DNA of 64,000 nucleotides from an uncultured Desulfobacterales bacterium (GCA_964573705.1 CAZNLT010000009.1:143-64142); one strand, 5' to 3'; shown: positions 1 to 9,238, counted from the stretch's first letter. Program-made: numbers and translations. Notes: generated by a model from the sequence alone, not told the origin.

Positions 1-307
1 GAAATTGAACAGGGGTCCGGGAATACCGGAATGCCATGCAGGGTATTCTGGATAGCCAGGATGCCTTGGGAGAAACAGCATTTCCAGCTCCTCCGAGTAG
101 CTTTTTTCGGTCTCGACCCAGACGACCTGATCGGCGGAAGAGATAAACTTCCAAAAAAAAATCGTGGCCGTCCGCTTCGGAGCGGGTCAACGCCGGGGGA
201 GAGAGGGTGGCCTCGGGAATCTTCCAAAATGTTGACGGAGATGGTCTCGGCTCTGACCCGAGTCGTGGGGCGGTTCAGGAAAGGAGAAATATGAAAGCGG
301 GAGGATA

Positions 308-1483
308 GTGGGGGATCTATTTAAAATCCTGGTGACCGATGAATTGGTGACCTATCGGCGTATTCTGGCCGACCTGGTGTCGAAAATGGACGGGGTTCGG
401 GTGGTGGGAACCGCGCCCAATGAAAAGGTGACGCTGCTCAAGATTGAGCTGAATGAACCGGATCTGGTGCTTTTGGACTTATTTTTGCCGGAAACCGACG
501 GTCTGACAGTGCTCAAGAAGATCAAGGCCCGGTTTCCGGATGTGGAAGTCATTATGCTGAGCGGACAGGACAGAGAGGATGCCCAGCTGACGGTTAAGGC
601 CTTGGAGCACGGGGCCCTTGATTTTCTTACCAAACCCCACCATGGGTCTGAAGCGGGGATTCTGGAGCTGAAAAAATCCCTGATCCAGCTGGTTCAGATG
701 GCCAAATCCCGGCGGTATTCCAAACAGATTCAGCGCCTTTCTCCGGAAAAGCCGTCGAACCCGCCCCTTTCGGCACCGCCTCGAAAACCTCCCCGGGCCA
801 AACCGCCGGCGCCCCCGGTCCGGCGAGTGGTGTCATGGAAAATGGGCAAAGAGCAGGTTCTGACCCCCGCCTCGGCGCCCCCCAAAACCGGGCGCATCGA
901 TGTGGTGGCCATCGGGGTCTCCACCGGCGGACCCAATGCCCTTCAAGAGATCATACCCCTGCTGCCCGAAGATTTGCCGGTCCCCATCCTGACGGTTCAA
1001 CACATGCCGCCCATGTTTACCGCCTCCCTGGCGGCCCGGTTGGACCAGGTTTCCCGAATTCAAGTGGTGGAGGGGCGGGACGGAGAGGGGGTCCGTCCAG
1101 GGGTCATGTACGTCGCTCCGGGGGGCCGCCATATGACCGTCCGCCGGGTGTCCACCGGCCGGGTGGAGATCGGATTGAACGGCGACCCGCCGGTCAACAG
1201 CTGCCGGCCGGCCGTGGACAATCTGTTTTTATCGGTAGCCCAGGTTTACGGCGGGAATGTGCTGGCCGTCATCCTGACCGGCATGGGCAACGACGGATTG
1301 GCCGGGGTCTCGGCCATCTTCGGTAAAGGCGGCTACACCTATGTACAGGACCGGGAAAGCAGCGTGGTATGGGGAATGCCCGGCGCGGTGGTGGAGACGA
1401 ATCAGGCCGACGGCATTGTCCCTCTGAACCAGATCGCCGCCAAAATTACCGGCATGATTCAAAGGTGCTCGATACCGTCTTGA
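308..1483 (+). CDS. cheB: Chemotaxis protein-glutamate methylesterase CheB (receiver + methylesterase) with a long Pro-rich linker
   Basis: 391-aa ORF. N-terminal receiver (ILVTDE.., DLVLLDLFLPETDG). C-terminal esterase motifs GVSTGGP, HMPPMFT, GMGNDG. GTG start just after GGGAGGA. Confidence 0.9.
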   Translation: MGDLFKILVTDELVTYRRILADLVSKMDGVRVVGTAPNEKVTLLKIELNEPDLVLLDLFLPETDGLTVLKKIKARFPDVEVIMLSGQDREDAQLTVKALEHGALDFLTKPHHGSEAGILELKKSLIQLVQMAKSRRYSKQIQRLSPEKPSNPPLSAPPRKPPRAKPPAPPVRRVVSWKMGKEQVLTPASAPPKTGRIDVVAIGVSTGGPNALQEIIPLLPEDLPVPILTVQHMPPMFTASLAARLDQVSRIQVVEGRDGEGVRPGVMYVAPGGRHMTVRRVSTGRVEIGLNGDPPVNSCRPAVDNLFLSVAQVYGGNVLAVILTGMGNDGLAGVSAIFGKGGYTYVQDRESSVVWGMPGAVVETNQADGIVPLNQIAAKITGMIQRCSIPS

Positions 1484-1737
1484 AAATCACCCCGCCGGAA
1501 CAGATGCTTATGCGGTCCTATATCGAGGAGCATTGCGGCATTCAACTGGGGCATGACAAGGAATATCTGATCGAATCACGCCTTTCCGAGCCGGGGTGCC
1601 GCTCCTTTCAGGAGTTTTACAAAGTGCTCACCCCGGACGGGGTTCCGGTTCTGGGCGCCATCGAATCGCTTCGCGAGTTTTCTACCGATTTCGACATTTC
1701 ATACTTCAACTGCGCGTTCATCAAGACGCGGAAATAG
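1480..1737 (+). pseudogene. CheR N-terminal-domain remnant; the SAM methyltransferase domain is absent
   Basis: The frame overlaps the cheB stop (cTTGA). The translation ITPPEQMLMRSYIEEHCGIQLGHDKEYLIESRLSE..SFQEF resembles the helical CheR_N domain. The ORF stops after ~85 codons, 8 nt before kdsB, and no MTase motifs appear in any frame. Confidence 0.5.
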
Positions 1738-1744
1738 AGAGTCC

Positions 1745-2533
1745 ATGAAACAGGATCAGGGTACTCAGCATCAGAATCGACAAGTAGTGGTCGTCATCCC
1801 CAGCCGGTACGGATCGACCCGGTTCCGGGGCAAACCCCTTGCCATGATCCAGGGCAAGCCCATGATTCAGCGGGTGTATGAAGCGGCCTGCAAGGCCGAG
1901 AATGTCACGCAGGTGGTGGTCGCCACCGATGATACGCGGATACAAGCGGCGGTGGAAGGTTTTGACGGACGAGTGGTGATGACCTCGGCCGACAACCGGT
2001 CGGGCTCCGATCGGGTGGGAGAAACCGCCGAACGGATGGGGCTGGCCATGGCCGACATCGTGGTCAATGTGCAGGGGGATCAGCCGCTTCTGGACCCCCG
2101 CTGTATGGATCAGGTCACCGCCCCTTTTCTTGAACACCCGGACCTGGAGATGTCCACCCTTGCACGAGTCATCACCAGACCGGAACAGATTACCAACCCC
2201 AAACACGTCAAAGTGGTCATGGACACGCAGGGGTTCGCCCTCTATTTTTCCCGGTCGCCCATCCCCTTCGGCCGGGATTTCGGGATCCGATTCGACACCT
2301 ACAAGCACCTCGGGATCTATGCCTATACCCGGCGGTTTCTGGACCTTTTTCGAAAACTGCGCTTGGGGCGGCTCGAGGATATCGAAAAACTGGAGCAGTT
2401 GCGGGCCCTGGAAAACGGCCACCGCATTAAGGTGGTGATCACCGATCATGATTCCCCTGAGGTGGACCTGCCCGGGGACATCGCCGTGATCGAGGATCTG
2501 TTGCGGGAAAAAACAGGGCCTGACGACCGGTGA
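1745..2533 (+). CDS. kdsB: 3-deoxy-manno-octulosonate cytidylyltransferase (CMP-KDO synthetase)
   Basis: 262 aa. The N-terminus VVVIPSRYGSTRFRGKPLAMIQGKPMIQRVYE and NVQGDQPLL are typical KdsB signatures. Confidence 0.9.
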   Translation: MKQDQGTQHQNRQVVVVIPSRYGSTRFRGKPLAMIQGKPMIQRVYEAACKAENVTQVVVATDDTRIQAAVEGFDGRVVMTSADNRSGSDRVGETAERMGLAMADIVVNVQGDQPLLDPRCMDQVTAPFLEHPDLEMSTLARVITRPEQITNPKHVKVVMDTQGFALYFSRSPIPFGRDFGIRFDTYKHLGIYAYTRRFLDLFRKLRLGRLEDIEKLEQLRALENGHRIKVVITDHDSPEVDLPGDIAVIEDLLREKTGPDDR

Positions 2534-2556
2534 AACACTGGCCGGCCGGGTTGGGA

Positions 2557-3465
2557 TTACTGAATATCCTCTTCGAGAATGGTGCCCGGTTTGGGCGTGC
2601 CCAAACTTCGGCGGCGGTTGAGGGTGTCCACCTGGCGCTCCAGATCCCGCATACGGTTTCGCAAAGTGGCGATGGCCCGCTCGTTCTGGGCGAAATTCTG
2701 GGTCAGGTATCCGATTTCGCCCTGGTATCGGTCGGCCTGGTTTTTGATGGCGGCTTCCAGCGCTTTCTTATCGATGGTGGTGGAGAGAACATCCACCAGG
2801 TCCTTTTTCATTCGAGCCAGTTCGGCCCGCACCGTCTCCGATTCTTGTATCGCCGTCTCCATGACCGTCATGAGATTGGCCAAATCGGCCGAGTATTGGG
2901 CTTCCAGGGCCTCGATCCGGGTTTGGGTCTCCTGAACCGATTCCCGCACCGAGCCCAAGGATTCGGTAAGCCGAACGATCTGTTGCGACAATTCCTGCTT
3001 GTCCGCTTCGAGCGCGGCTCGATCCACCGTTTTGGCATCCAGGGCTTCGATCTGATTTCGGATCTCCTCCAGACCTTCCCGCAGGGAGGCGGTGGTCCTT
3101 TCAAACACCAGAAATGCCTCGTTCATGGGTTCGTCCTGTTCATCCATCGATTTTTCAAGGGCCGCATATTTTTCGGCGATGGCCCCGAGCCGCGCCTCCA
3201 GGTCCTGGGACACGGTTTCCACTTCGCTGAAGCCGGAGGTTTGCATGGCCTCGAAACGGGTGTTGATCTCCCGGAATCCCCAGTACAGGACCCCCGCCAG
3301 TAAGCAGGGGAGAACGACGGCCAAAAGGGTCAGCCGCCGACTGATTTTATCCAGCCGGCGGGAATCCTTCCGGTTTTTCGGAAAATTCTGACTGGACGCG
3401 CGGCTGTAAGCCGACCCTTCCTCGTCCATGCCGATTTTAAAACTTGAAGGTTGTCTGTTATCCAT
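2557..3465 (-). CDS. Membrane-anchored coiled-coil protein of unknown function
   Basis: The ORF is open to 3516, but the ATG at 3465 (MDNRQ..) avoids overlap with the guaA stop. One TM segment (LTLLAVVLPCLLAGVLYWGF) is followed by ~220 aa of heptad-like E/Q/L/A-rich sequence. Confidence 0.7.
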   Translation of the reverse strand: MDNRQPSSFKIGMDEEGSAYSRASSQNFPKNRKDSRRLDKISRRLTLLAVVLPCLLAGVLYWGFREINTRFEAMQTSGFSEVETVSQDLEARLGAIAEKYAALEKSMDEQDEPMNEAFLVFERTTASLREGLEEIRNQIEALDAKTVDRAALEADKQELSQQIVRLTESLGSVRESVQETQTRIEALEAQYSADLANLMTVMETAIQESETVRAELARMKKDLVDVLSTTIDKKALEAAIKNQADRYQGEIGYLTQNFAQNERAIATLRNRMRDLERQVDTLNRRRSLGTPKPGTILEEDIQ

Positions 3466-3472
3466 GATTGTA

Positions 3473-5005
3473 TTATTCCCATTCGATAGTGGCCGGGGGC
3501 TTGGAGCTGATATCATAGACCACCCGGTTGACCCCCTTGACTTCGTTGATGATTCGGTTTGAAATGAGGCCCAGCAGTTCGTGGGGGAGTCGGGCCCAGT
3601 CGGCGGTCATGGCATCCTTGCTGGTGACCGCCCGAATGGCCGCAATATTTTCGTAGGTGCGTTGATCCCCCATGACGCCGACGCTTTTCACCGGCAGGAG
3701 CACCGCAAACGACTGCCAAAGCTTTCGATAATACCCGGCCTTTCGAATTTCTTCAAGAAGAACCGCGTCCGTCTCCCGAAGGATGGCCAGCCGTTCCGGG
3801 GTGACCTCCCCCAGAACCCGAATGGCCAGACCCGGCCCCGGAAAAGGCTGCCGCCAGACCAGGTCGGCCTCCAGCCCGAGTTCTTCCCCCAGTCGGCGCA
3901 CCTCGTCTTTGAATAGATATCGCAGCGGTTCGATCAGCTTCAGCTTCATTCGCTCCGGAAGCCCGCCCACGTTGTGGTGGGACTTGATCACCGCCGTGGG
4001 GCCGCCGAAGGCGGAAACCGATTCGATGATATCGGGGTAGAGGGTGCCCTGGCCCAGAAAATCGGCATCCTGAATTCGGCCGGCTTCATCTTCGAAAACC
4101 TCCATAAAGACCCTGCCGATGATTTTTCGCTTTTCCTCCGGGTCGATGACACCGGCCAGAGCGTTCAGAAAACGGCTTTCCGCATCCACGAAGACGATGT
4201 TCAACTGCAGGTGCTGCTCGAATATTCGGCGAAGCTGGTTCGCTTCATTCTTTCGCAGCAGGCCATTGTCCACGAAAATACCGGTGAGCTGATCCCCGAT
4301 CGCCTTGTGAAGGAGCAGCGCGGTGACCGAAGAATCGACCCCGCCGCTGAGGCCCAGAATGACCCGTTTACCTTCCACCTGACCCCGTATTTGGTCGATT
4401 ACCTCCCGGGCAAAGGATTTCATGGTCCAATCGGGGCGGCATCCGCAGATGTCGAACAAAAAATTTTTTAACATCTGCTGGCCCTTGGGGGTGTGCTCGA
4501 CCTCGGGGTGAAACTGAAGCCCGTAAAATTTCTTCTCCGGATCTGCGATGGCGGCCAGTTCGGTGTTTTCGGTGGAGGCGGTAATCTCGAAGCCCGCCGG
4601 CAGAGAGCAGGCCGAATCCCCGTGGCTCATCCAGCAGGGGGTTTTGTATTGGTCGATGCCTTTAAACAGCCCTTCGGGGTTTCGAATCACCAGCTCCGCA
4701 AACCCGTATTCCCGCTTTCCGGCGCCTTCCACCTTTCCGCCCAAGGCATCGATCATAAACTGCATGCCGTAGCAGATCCCCAGAACCGGAATCCCGAGTT
4801 CCAGAATCCCGGGGTCGGCCTTGGGGCTGTTCGCCTCATAGATGCTCGAGGGGCCGCCCGACAGAATGATCCCTTCCGGCGCCAGATCCCGAATCCGGTC
4901 GAGGGTCAGGGTGGGGGGCACGATCTGACAGTAGACATGGTTTTCCCGCACCCGGCGGGCGATCAGCTGATTGTATTGTGAACCGAAATCGATAATGAGT
5001 ATCAT
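3473..5005 (-). CDS. guaA: GMP synthase (glutamine-hydrolysing)
   Basis: 510 aa. GATase domain ([27 protein letters not shown]), ATP-PPase SGGVDSS motif and the conserved C-terminal ..PPATIEWE. Confidence 0.97.
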   Translation of the reverse strand: MILIIDFGSQYNQLIARRVRENHVYCQIVPPTLTLDRIRDLAPEGIILSGGPSSIYEANSPKADPGILELGIPVLGICYGMQFMIDALGGKVEGAGKREYGFAELVIRNPEGLFKGIDQYKTPCWMSHGDSACSLPAGFEITASTENTELAAIADPEKKFYGLQFHPEVEHTPKGQQMLKNFLFDICGCRPDWTMKSFAREVIDQIRGQVEGKRVILGLSGGVDSSVTALLLHKAIGDQLTGIFVDNGLLRKNEANQLRRIFEQHLQLNIVFVDAESRFLNALAGVIDPEEKRKIIGRVFMEVFEDEAGRIQDADFLGQGTLYPDIIESVSAFGGPTAVIKSHHNVGGLPERMKLKLIEPLRYLFKDEVRRLGEELGLEADLVWRQPFPGPGLAIRVLGEVTPERLAILRETDAVLLEEIRKAGYYRKLWQSFAVLLPVKSVGVMGDQRTYENIAAIRAVTSKDAMTADWARLPHELLGLISNRIINEVKGVNRVVYDISSKPPATIEWE

Positions 5006-5162
5006 TCTTCGTCCTTAAAGAGTAAAGAAGGTCGGTCTTGGTCCCGAAACGACTGAAATCATTGATTCCAAATATGAATATTACCATGAAACGGTTTGCG
5101 GAAACAGGACGAATATGGTAAACACCGGGCTAAAAGTCAACTCAATTCTCTAAATCCGGCGG

Positions 5163-5969
5163 GTGGCGGTATCGATGAAACACACGATTGTCCAGATTTA
5201 CGAAATCCAGACCCCGGAAGAGGCCCAATCCATGGTCGAAGCGGGGGTGGATCATATCGGCGGGGTATTGACCTCGGAAAGCGACCGGCAGGACCCTCAA
5301 ATTCAAAAGGCGGTTGATTTTGTGCGCCGGACCCAGGCCAAAAGCAGTCTGATTCCCCTGTTCAGCACCCCGGAATCGGTCTTTCGGGTGATCGATGACT
5401 ACCGCCCCGACATGATCCATTTCTGTGAAGCGCTGGCCGATTCCAGAGGGATATTCGAGATCTGCGAAGAACTGGTCCGACTTCAGGAGGGGGTCCGAAG
5501 CCGGTTTCCCGAAGTGCGGATCATCCGATCCATCCCCATTTGCCCCCCCGGCCCGGGGGATCGCGTGGACAGCCTGGGTCTGGCCCGAATGTTCGAGGGC
5601 GTGAGCGATTATTTTTTGACCGATACCCTGATCCTGTCGGGCGCCGAACCGGTTAGAGAACAGCAGCCGGTCAGCGGGTTTGTGGGGATTACCGGACGCA
5701 TCTGCGACTGGGACCTGGCGGCGGAACTGGTGAGGATCAGCCCCGTTCCGGTGATTCTGGCCGGGGGCATCTCCCCAGGCAATGTGGCCGAGGCGGTTTT
5801 GAAGATTCAGCCTTTCGGTGTCGACAGCTGCACCGCCACCAATCAGGTGGATGCGGACGGGCGTCCCATCCGGTTTCGCAAGGATATCCAAAAGGTGCGT
5901 CGCTTGGTGTCGGAGACCCGCCGGGCCGACCGAATCTTGTCGGAAAGATCGAGTCCGTCTTTGAACTGA
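5163..5969 (+). CDS. Phosphoribosylanthranilate-isomerase-like (TrpF/PRAI family) TIM-barrel protein
   Basis: 268 aa. IVQIYEIQTPEEA..GVDHIGGV at the N-terminus and VILAGGISPGNVAEAV..GVDSCTATN near the C-terminus match the PRAI pattern. No other trp genes are nearby. Alternative ATG start at 5175. Confidence 0.65.
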   Translation: MAVSMKHTIVQIYEIQTPEEAQSMVEAGVDHIGGVLTSESDRQDPQIQKAVDFVRRTQAKSSLIPLFSTPESVFRVIDDYRPDMIHFCEALADSRGIFEICEELVRLQEGVRSRFPEVRIIRSIPICPPGPGDRVDSLGLARMFEGVSDYFLTDTLILSGAEPVREQQPVSGFVGITGRICDWDLAAELVRISPVPVILAGGISPGNVAEAVLKIQPFGVDSCTATNQVDADGRPIRFRKDIQKVRRLVSETRRADRILSERSSPSLN

Positions 5970-6019
5970 CATCCACATGATAATGATAAATATAGCCATT
6001 CGAGGAGGCGTATCAACCC

Positions 6020-6583
6020 ATGTATGAAAGCAGCGATTTAAGAAAGGGGCTCAAGGTCGAAATCGACGGAGAGCCCTATGTGATCACCCAGTTTCAATTT
6101 GTCAAACCCGGCAAGGGGCAGGCGCTGTATAAATGCCGGCTGAAGAATATGGTGACCGGGACCCAGTTCGACCAGACCTTTCGATCGGGCGACAAATTCA
6201 ATGAACCCAACCTGGAAGAGCAGGAGATGGAGTATCTCTATTACGATGGAGATGCCTACTGCTTCATGAACACTTCCACTTATGGCCAGGAATTTCTGAC
6301 CGAAAATCAGGTGAGTGAAGCCAAGGATTTTCTCAAAGAGAACACCGTCTGCGATGTGCTCTTCTTTGAATCGACCCCCATCGGCATTACCCTGCCCAAT
6401 TTCGTGGAACTGAAAATCACCGAGTCGGAGCCGTGGGCCAAAGGGGATACCGCGGCGGGAAGCACCAAGCCGGCTACCCTGGAGACCGGGTATGTGGTTC
6501 AGGTGCCGCCCTTCGTCAATGAGGGAGAGGTGATTCGGGTGGACACCCGAACCGGGGAATACGTGGAACGGGTCAAGGAGTAG
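6020..6583 (+). CDS. efp: Translation elongation factor P
   Basis: 187 aa. LRKGLKVEIDGEPYVITQFQFVKPGKGQALYKCRLKN carries the conserved KPGKGQA loop. Confidence 0.97.
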   Translation: MYESSDLRKGLKVEIDGEPYVITQFQFVKPGKGQALYKCRLKNMVTGTQFDQTFRSGDKFNEPNLEEQEMEYLYYDGDAYCFMNTSTYGQEFLTENQVSEAKDFLKENTVCDVLFFESTPIGITLPNFVELKITESEPWAKGDTAAGSTKPATLETGYVVQVPPFVNEGEVIRVDTRTGEYVERVKE

Positions 6584-7340
6584 CCGAAAACCGGATATCC
6601 CCGTAAAAGGAGACGGCCGAATCCCCGGTATTATCCGTATCGGTCATGACCGCCACTCCGGAAACGGCGGGCGGTTCATGGCCGAAGGCCCGCCGATAAT
6701 CTTCGAGAATGTTCCGTTTTTCTTCCTTCCAGGTGTTTCGTTCGGCTGAACCGCTTTCCACCGCGATCATCATCACCCGGCCGGTATACGGGTTGGGAAC
6801 CATCGTCCCTTTGGGCGCGGTGGAAGCCCAGATATAGGAGATCGCTCCGGTGGGGGGATATTCGCCGTAAACCAGCTTGGCGGCCTGGTACCTGGCCCGC
6901 TGAAATAAGGAGAGCTGGTCCGGATCATATTCAAAGGTGATGTAGATTCGGGCCGGGTAATCATCCCCGGATTTTTTTCGGACATTTCCTTCGGGAAAGA
7001 TACGGGTGACCCGCCATCGCCACCGAAGGATCGGATATCGACGCGGATCGATTCGTATTTTTCGAATCAGTCCCGATGCGCTGTTTCGGCTTTCGGCTTT
7101 GAGGACTGTGGCGCCGTTTTCGGAAACCAGGGAATACCGGGTGTGGCGCTCGATCTTGTCAAAGGTCATCGGCTCCCATTCGGGGGGAAGAATTTCTCCC
7201 GGAGACAGGCTTGAAAAAGGACCCACATGAAGAATTTCCGGCATCCCTTTTCCGAATCCGGCAACTTGAATCAGGAGTACCGACACCATCACCGCCACGC
7301 CTGCGACCGGCCCAGCCGCTTTTCGAATCAGGGATCCCAT
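6573..7340 (-). CDS. Secreted/periplasmic protein, DUF3047-like (family assignment tentative)
   Basis: 255 aa with an N-terminal hydrophobic signal/anchor. The pattern ..TRYSLVSENGATVLKAESRNSASGL..YPILRWRWRV.. is recalled from DUF3047 proteins. The start overlaps the stop of the upstream protease gene by 13 nt. Confidence 0.6.
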   Translation of the reverse strand: MGSLIRKAAGPVAGVAVMVSVLLIQVAGFGKGMPEILHVGPFSSLSPGEILPPEWEPMTFDKIERHTRYSLVSENGATVLKAESRNSASGLIRKIRIDPRRYPILRWRWRVTRIFPEGNVRKKSGDDYPARIYITFEYDPDQLSLFQRARYQAAKLVYGEYPPTGAISYIWASTAPKGTMVPNPYTGRVMMIAVESGSAERNTWKEEKRNILEDYRRAFGHEPPAVSGVAVMTDTDNTGDSAVSFYGDIRFSATP

Positions 7341-8053
7341 CGAATCACCTGATTCTGAAGATCCAGGCGGTAATTGAAGTGGCGCAGAAAGTTCATTCCC
7401 AGAAGCCCGTCATGCCCGTCGGCCGCTCCCTCGAAGTCGAGAATCCCGGCGATCGGGTTTTCCACCCGATTGGCGCCTACCTCGATGTAGCTCAGCCGGG
7501 CGATTCGGGTGTCGATGATTTTTCCGTCGGCCACCTGGGCTTTGGCCTTTTTGAAATCACGTATCCGGAGTTGTTCGGCGATGCGGTGGTGAATCGCGGT
7601 AATGGAGGCGCCGGTGTCCAGGATCAGGGTGATTTGCACCTTCTGGGTGCCGTAGCCCAGATGGACCGGGACCAGAATCTGATTCCCCCGGACCTCGATG
7701 GCGGTTTCTTTCATCCGCTGCTTTTTTTCGGCCAGTTCCTGTTCCCGTATTCTGCGGCGGATTTCAAGCTGTTCTATGTACTCCCGATAAGACCGCCGCC
7801 GTTCGGCCTCCGCGGCCTGATCCTGCTCCTTCTTGACCTGCTTTTCATCTTCGGAAAGATGGTCATATTTTTCCCGGTAGGTTTTTACATCGAAATGGTA
7901 TTCGTCCGGCACCTTGGTGAGGTCGTCCACGAAGTGGGTTTTGCCTTCCTTGTCGGTGAATTTGTAGAATTCGGCCCGGACCGGATGCGAAAACAGGGCG
8001 AAGAGGAGCATTTCCCCGACGAGGAGGGCGAGTAATCCGAAATTTTTTATCAT
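7328..8053 (-). CDS. Retropepsin-like (clan AA) aspartic protease with a DUF4124-like N-terminal module and a charged coiled-coil
   Basis: The ATG at 8053 (MIKNFGLLALLVG..) gives a signal peptide. FYKFTDKEGKTHFVDD resembles DUF4124. LILDTGASITAI is the D-T/S-G-A aspartic protease motif. The upstream in-frame extension to 8188 overlaps the CPBP gene. Confidence 0.75.
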   Translation of the reverse strand: MIKNFGLLALLVGEMLLFALFSHPVRAEFYKFTDKEGKTHFVDDLTKVPDEYHFDVKTYREKYDHLSEDEKQVKKEQDQAAEAERRRSYREYIEQLEIRRRIREQELAEKKQRMKETAIEVRGNQILVPVHLGYGTQKVQITLILDTGASITAIHHRIAEQLRIRDFKKAKAQVADGKIIDTRIARLSYIEVGANRVENPIAGILDFEGAADGHDGLLGMNFLRHFNYRLDLQNQVIRWDP

Positions 8054-8109
8054 AAACCTACATGTTCCTTTCAACGCATGCAACAATGCTTTATCCCCAC
8101 CGCGGTCGG

Positions 8110-8787
8110 CTACCAGAATGCCCATTCTCCGCTCATTAGAACGTAAATTCCCAGCAGCAGATTGGTGATCCCGTGGGCGATAATGCACATCCAGAGGCTG
8201 CGAGTCTTATAGAGCAGAAGGTTATAGAGAAATCCGGCCACGATGCCGGCCAGCCACAGGTTGTGCTCGGTGCCGAAGAGGGCGGCCGAGATCAGAAATG
8301 AGGGCCAGGAAAAGGTGCCCAGCTGAACGGTGGTAAAATTTGGATTGATGATGTAGCGAAGGATGAAAGACCGCCAGAAAATTTCTTCGAAAACCGGCAC
8401 CACGACCGCGGCTCCGAAAAGACGAATTGCGATGAACAGGTAAAACCACGGATCGGGAAGGGTCCGGGGATTATAGGCATCCCGATCCCCCATGACGGCG
8501 AAGTCCCAGTCCATTTGAATCCAGAGCACGAACACCAGCACCCCGATGCCGGCGGCATACAACAGATCCCGGGTTTTGAACCGGTCTTCTTGCACTTCAT
8601 CATAGGTGGGCCAGAACCAGGCCAGGGCCGCCATTACTCCGAGAATGCGAATCGGATAGGTGAGGGCGATCAGATGGTCGGCCAAGGGGCCGGGAGGCAG
8701 AGCTTTGCCCAAAAGATCATGAATTACAATGAACAGCATATAGACGCCAAAGGGGAGGACCCGCGGAAACCAGGGCTGTCGTATCAT
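8110..8787 (-). CDS. CPBP-family (CAAX/Abi) intramembrane metalloprotease
   Basis: The start at 8787 (MIRQPWFPRVLPFGVYMLF) gives a polytopic membrane protein with CPBP motifs EEIFWRSF, FGTEHNLW and HGITNLL. Confidence 0.8.
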   Translation of the reverse strand: MIRQPWFPRVLPFGVYMLFIVIHDLLGKALPPGPLADHLIALTYPIRILGVMAALAWFWPTYDEVQEDRFKTRDLLYAAGIGVLVFVLWIQMDWDFAVMGDRDAYNPRTLPDPWFYLFIAIRLFGAAVVVPVFEEIFWRSFILRYIINPNFTTVQLGTFSWPSFLISAALFGTEHNLWLAGIVAGFLYNLLLYKTRSLWMCIIAHGITNLLLGIYVLMSGEWAFW

Positions 8788-8981
8788 GTGGCGAACTCCT
8801 GAAGTGGTTGAGCAGTTGATTGTAAATCCTGTAGCCGATTCAGACCCCTTTTTCAAGCTTTTTCCAGGAAAAATCAGACCAGGAAAAAGGCGGCTCCGGG
8901 CAGGGGGCCAGGACAAATGCGGTGGGCTCATTGTCCGGAAAAAGAGTTTTTGTTGAAGTCAAGGTGAAAGCGGAAGCCCTG

Positions 8982-9057
8982 AATTGAAGAAGGGGCGGCC
9001 CCTATGGCCGCCCCCAAAACAAAGGAGATAGGAAGAAAGAAGGAGGAAAATTACAGC
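8982..9057 (-). ncRNA. Candidate ~75-nt CU-rich small RNA (or the 5' attenuator of the CPBP operon)
   Basis: Bounded by a sigma70-like promoter (9064-9093) and the 8992-9014 terminator. The predicted RNA is ..UUUUCCUCCUUCUUUCUUCCUAUCUCCUUUG.. with anti-Shine-Dalgarno-like CCUCC/CUCCU tracts. No ORF is present. Confidence 0.25.
8992..9014 (-). terminator. Rho-independent terminator candidate (perfect 9-bp GC stem, 5-nt loop)
   Basis: GGGGCGGCC-cctat-GGCCGCCCC. On the minus strand the stem is followed by UUCUUCAAUUC. On the plus strand no U-run follows. Confidence 0.55.
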
Positions 9058-9063
9058 TGACTA

Positions 9064-9093
9064 TTTCTATTGCAGTTTGAATGCCAATGTCAA
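9064..9093 (-). promoter_or_regulatory. Sigma70-like promoter candidate (TTGACA-N18-TAGAAA) with an A/T-rich upstream tract
   Basis: Minus-strand reading: ..atttaattttttcTTGACAttggcattcaaactgcaaTAGAAAtagtcag. Confidence 0.35.
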
Positions 9094-9136
9094 GAAAAAA
9101 ATTAAATCTGAAATAATTCAAGGCGCTTAAAAGAAT

Positions 9137-9219
9137 TTCAAATGATTTGAATCATCCCGAAAACCGGCTGCGGTTACAAATTTTGTAGGTTTTGCCCCCG
9201 ATCTTTACAAATTTTGTAA
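9137..9219. repeat. Three palindromic boxes: TTCAAATGATTTGAA, plus two copies of TTACAAATTTTGTA spaced 31 bp apart
   Basis: 9137-9151 is a perfect 15-bp palindrome. 9174-9187 and 9205-9218 are identical 14-mers, each containing the palindrome TACAAA-T-TTTGTA. All lie upstream of the 9064-9093 promoter candidate. Confidence 0.6.
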
Positions 9220-9238
9220 CCCGTTCTGCCTGTTTTGC

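Noticed and set aside
1-300. Open frames at the left edge: plus frame 1 is open over 1-294, and a possible minus-strand start at 81 follows GGAGGAG (MLFLPRHPGYPEYPAWHSG..). There is also an A9 homopolymer at 153-161.
   Set aside because: No translation resembles a known family, and codon usage in the plus frame is poor (agg, ata, aga, gta). Only 27 codons of the minus candidate are visible. I cannot support a call, though a gene running off the window is possible.
5006-5162. A possible purine/guanine riboswitch upstream of guaA.
   Set aside because: The 150-nt leader shows none of the conserved purine-riboswitch junction sequences or the three-helix arrangement. It appears to be a plain divergent promoter region.
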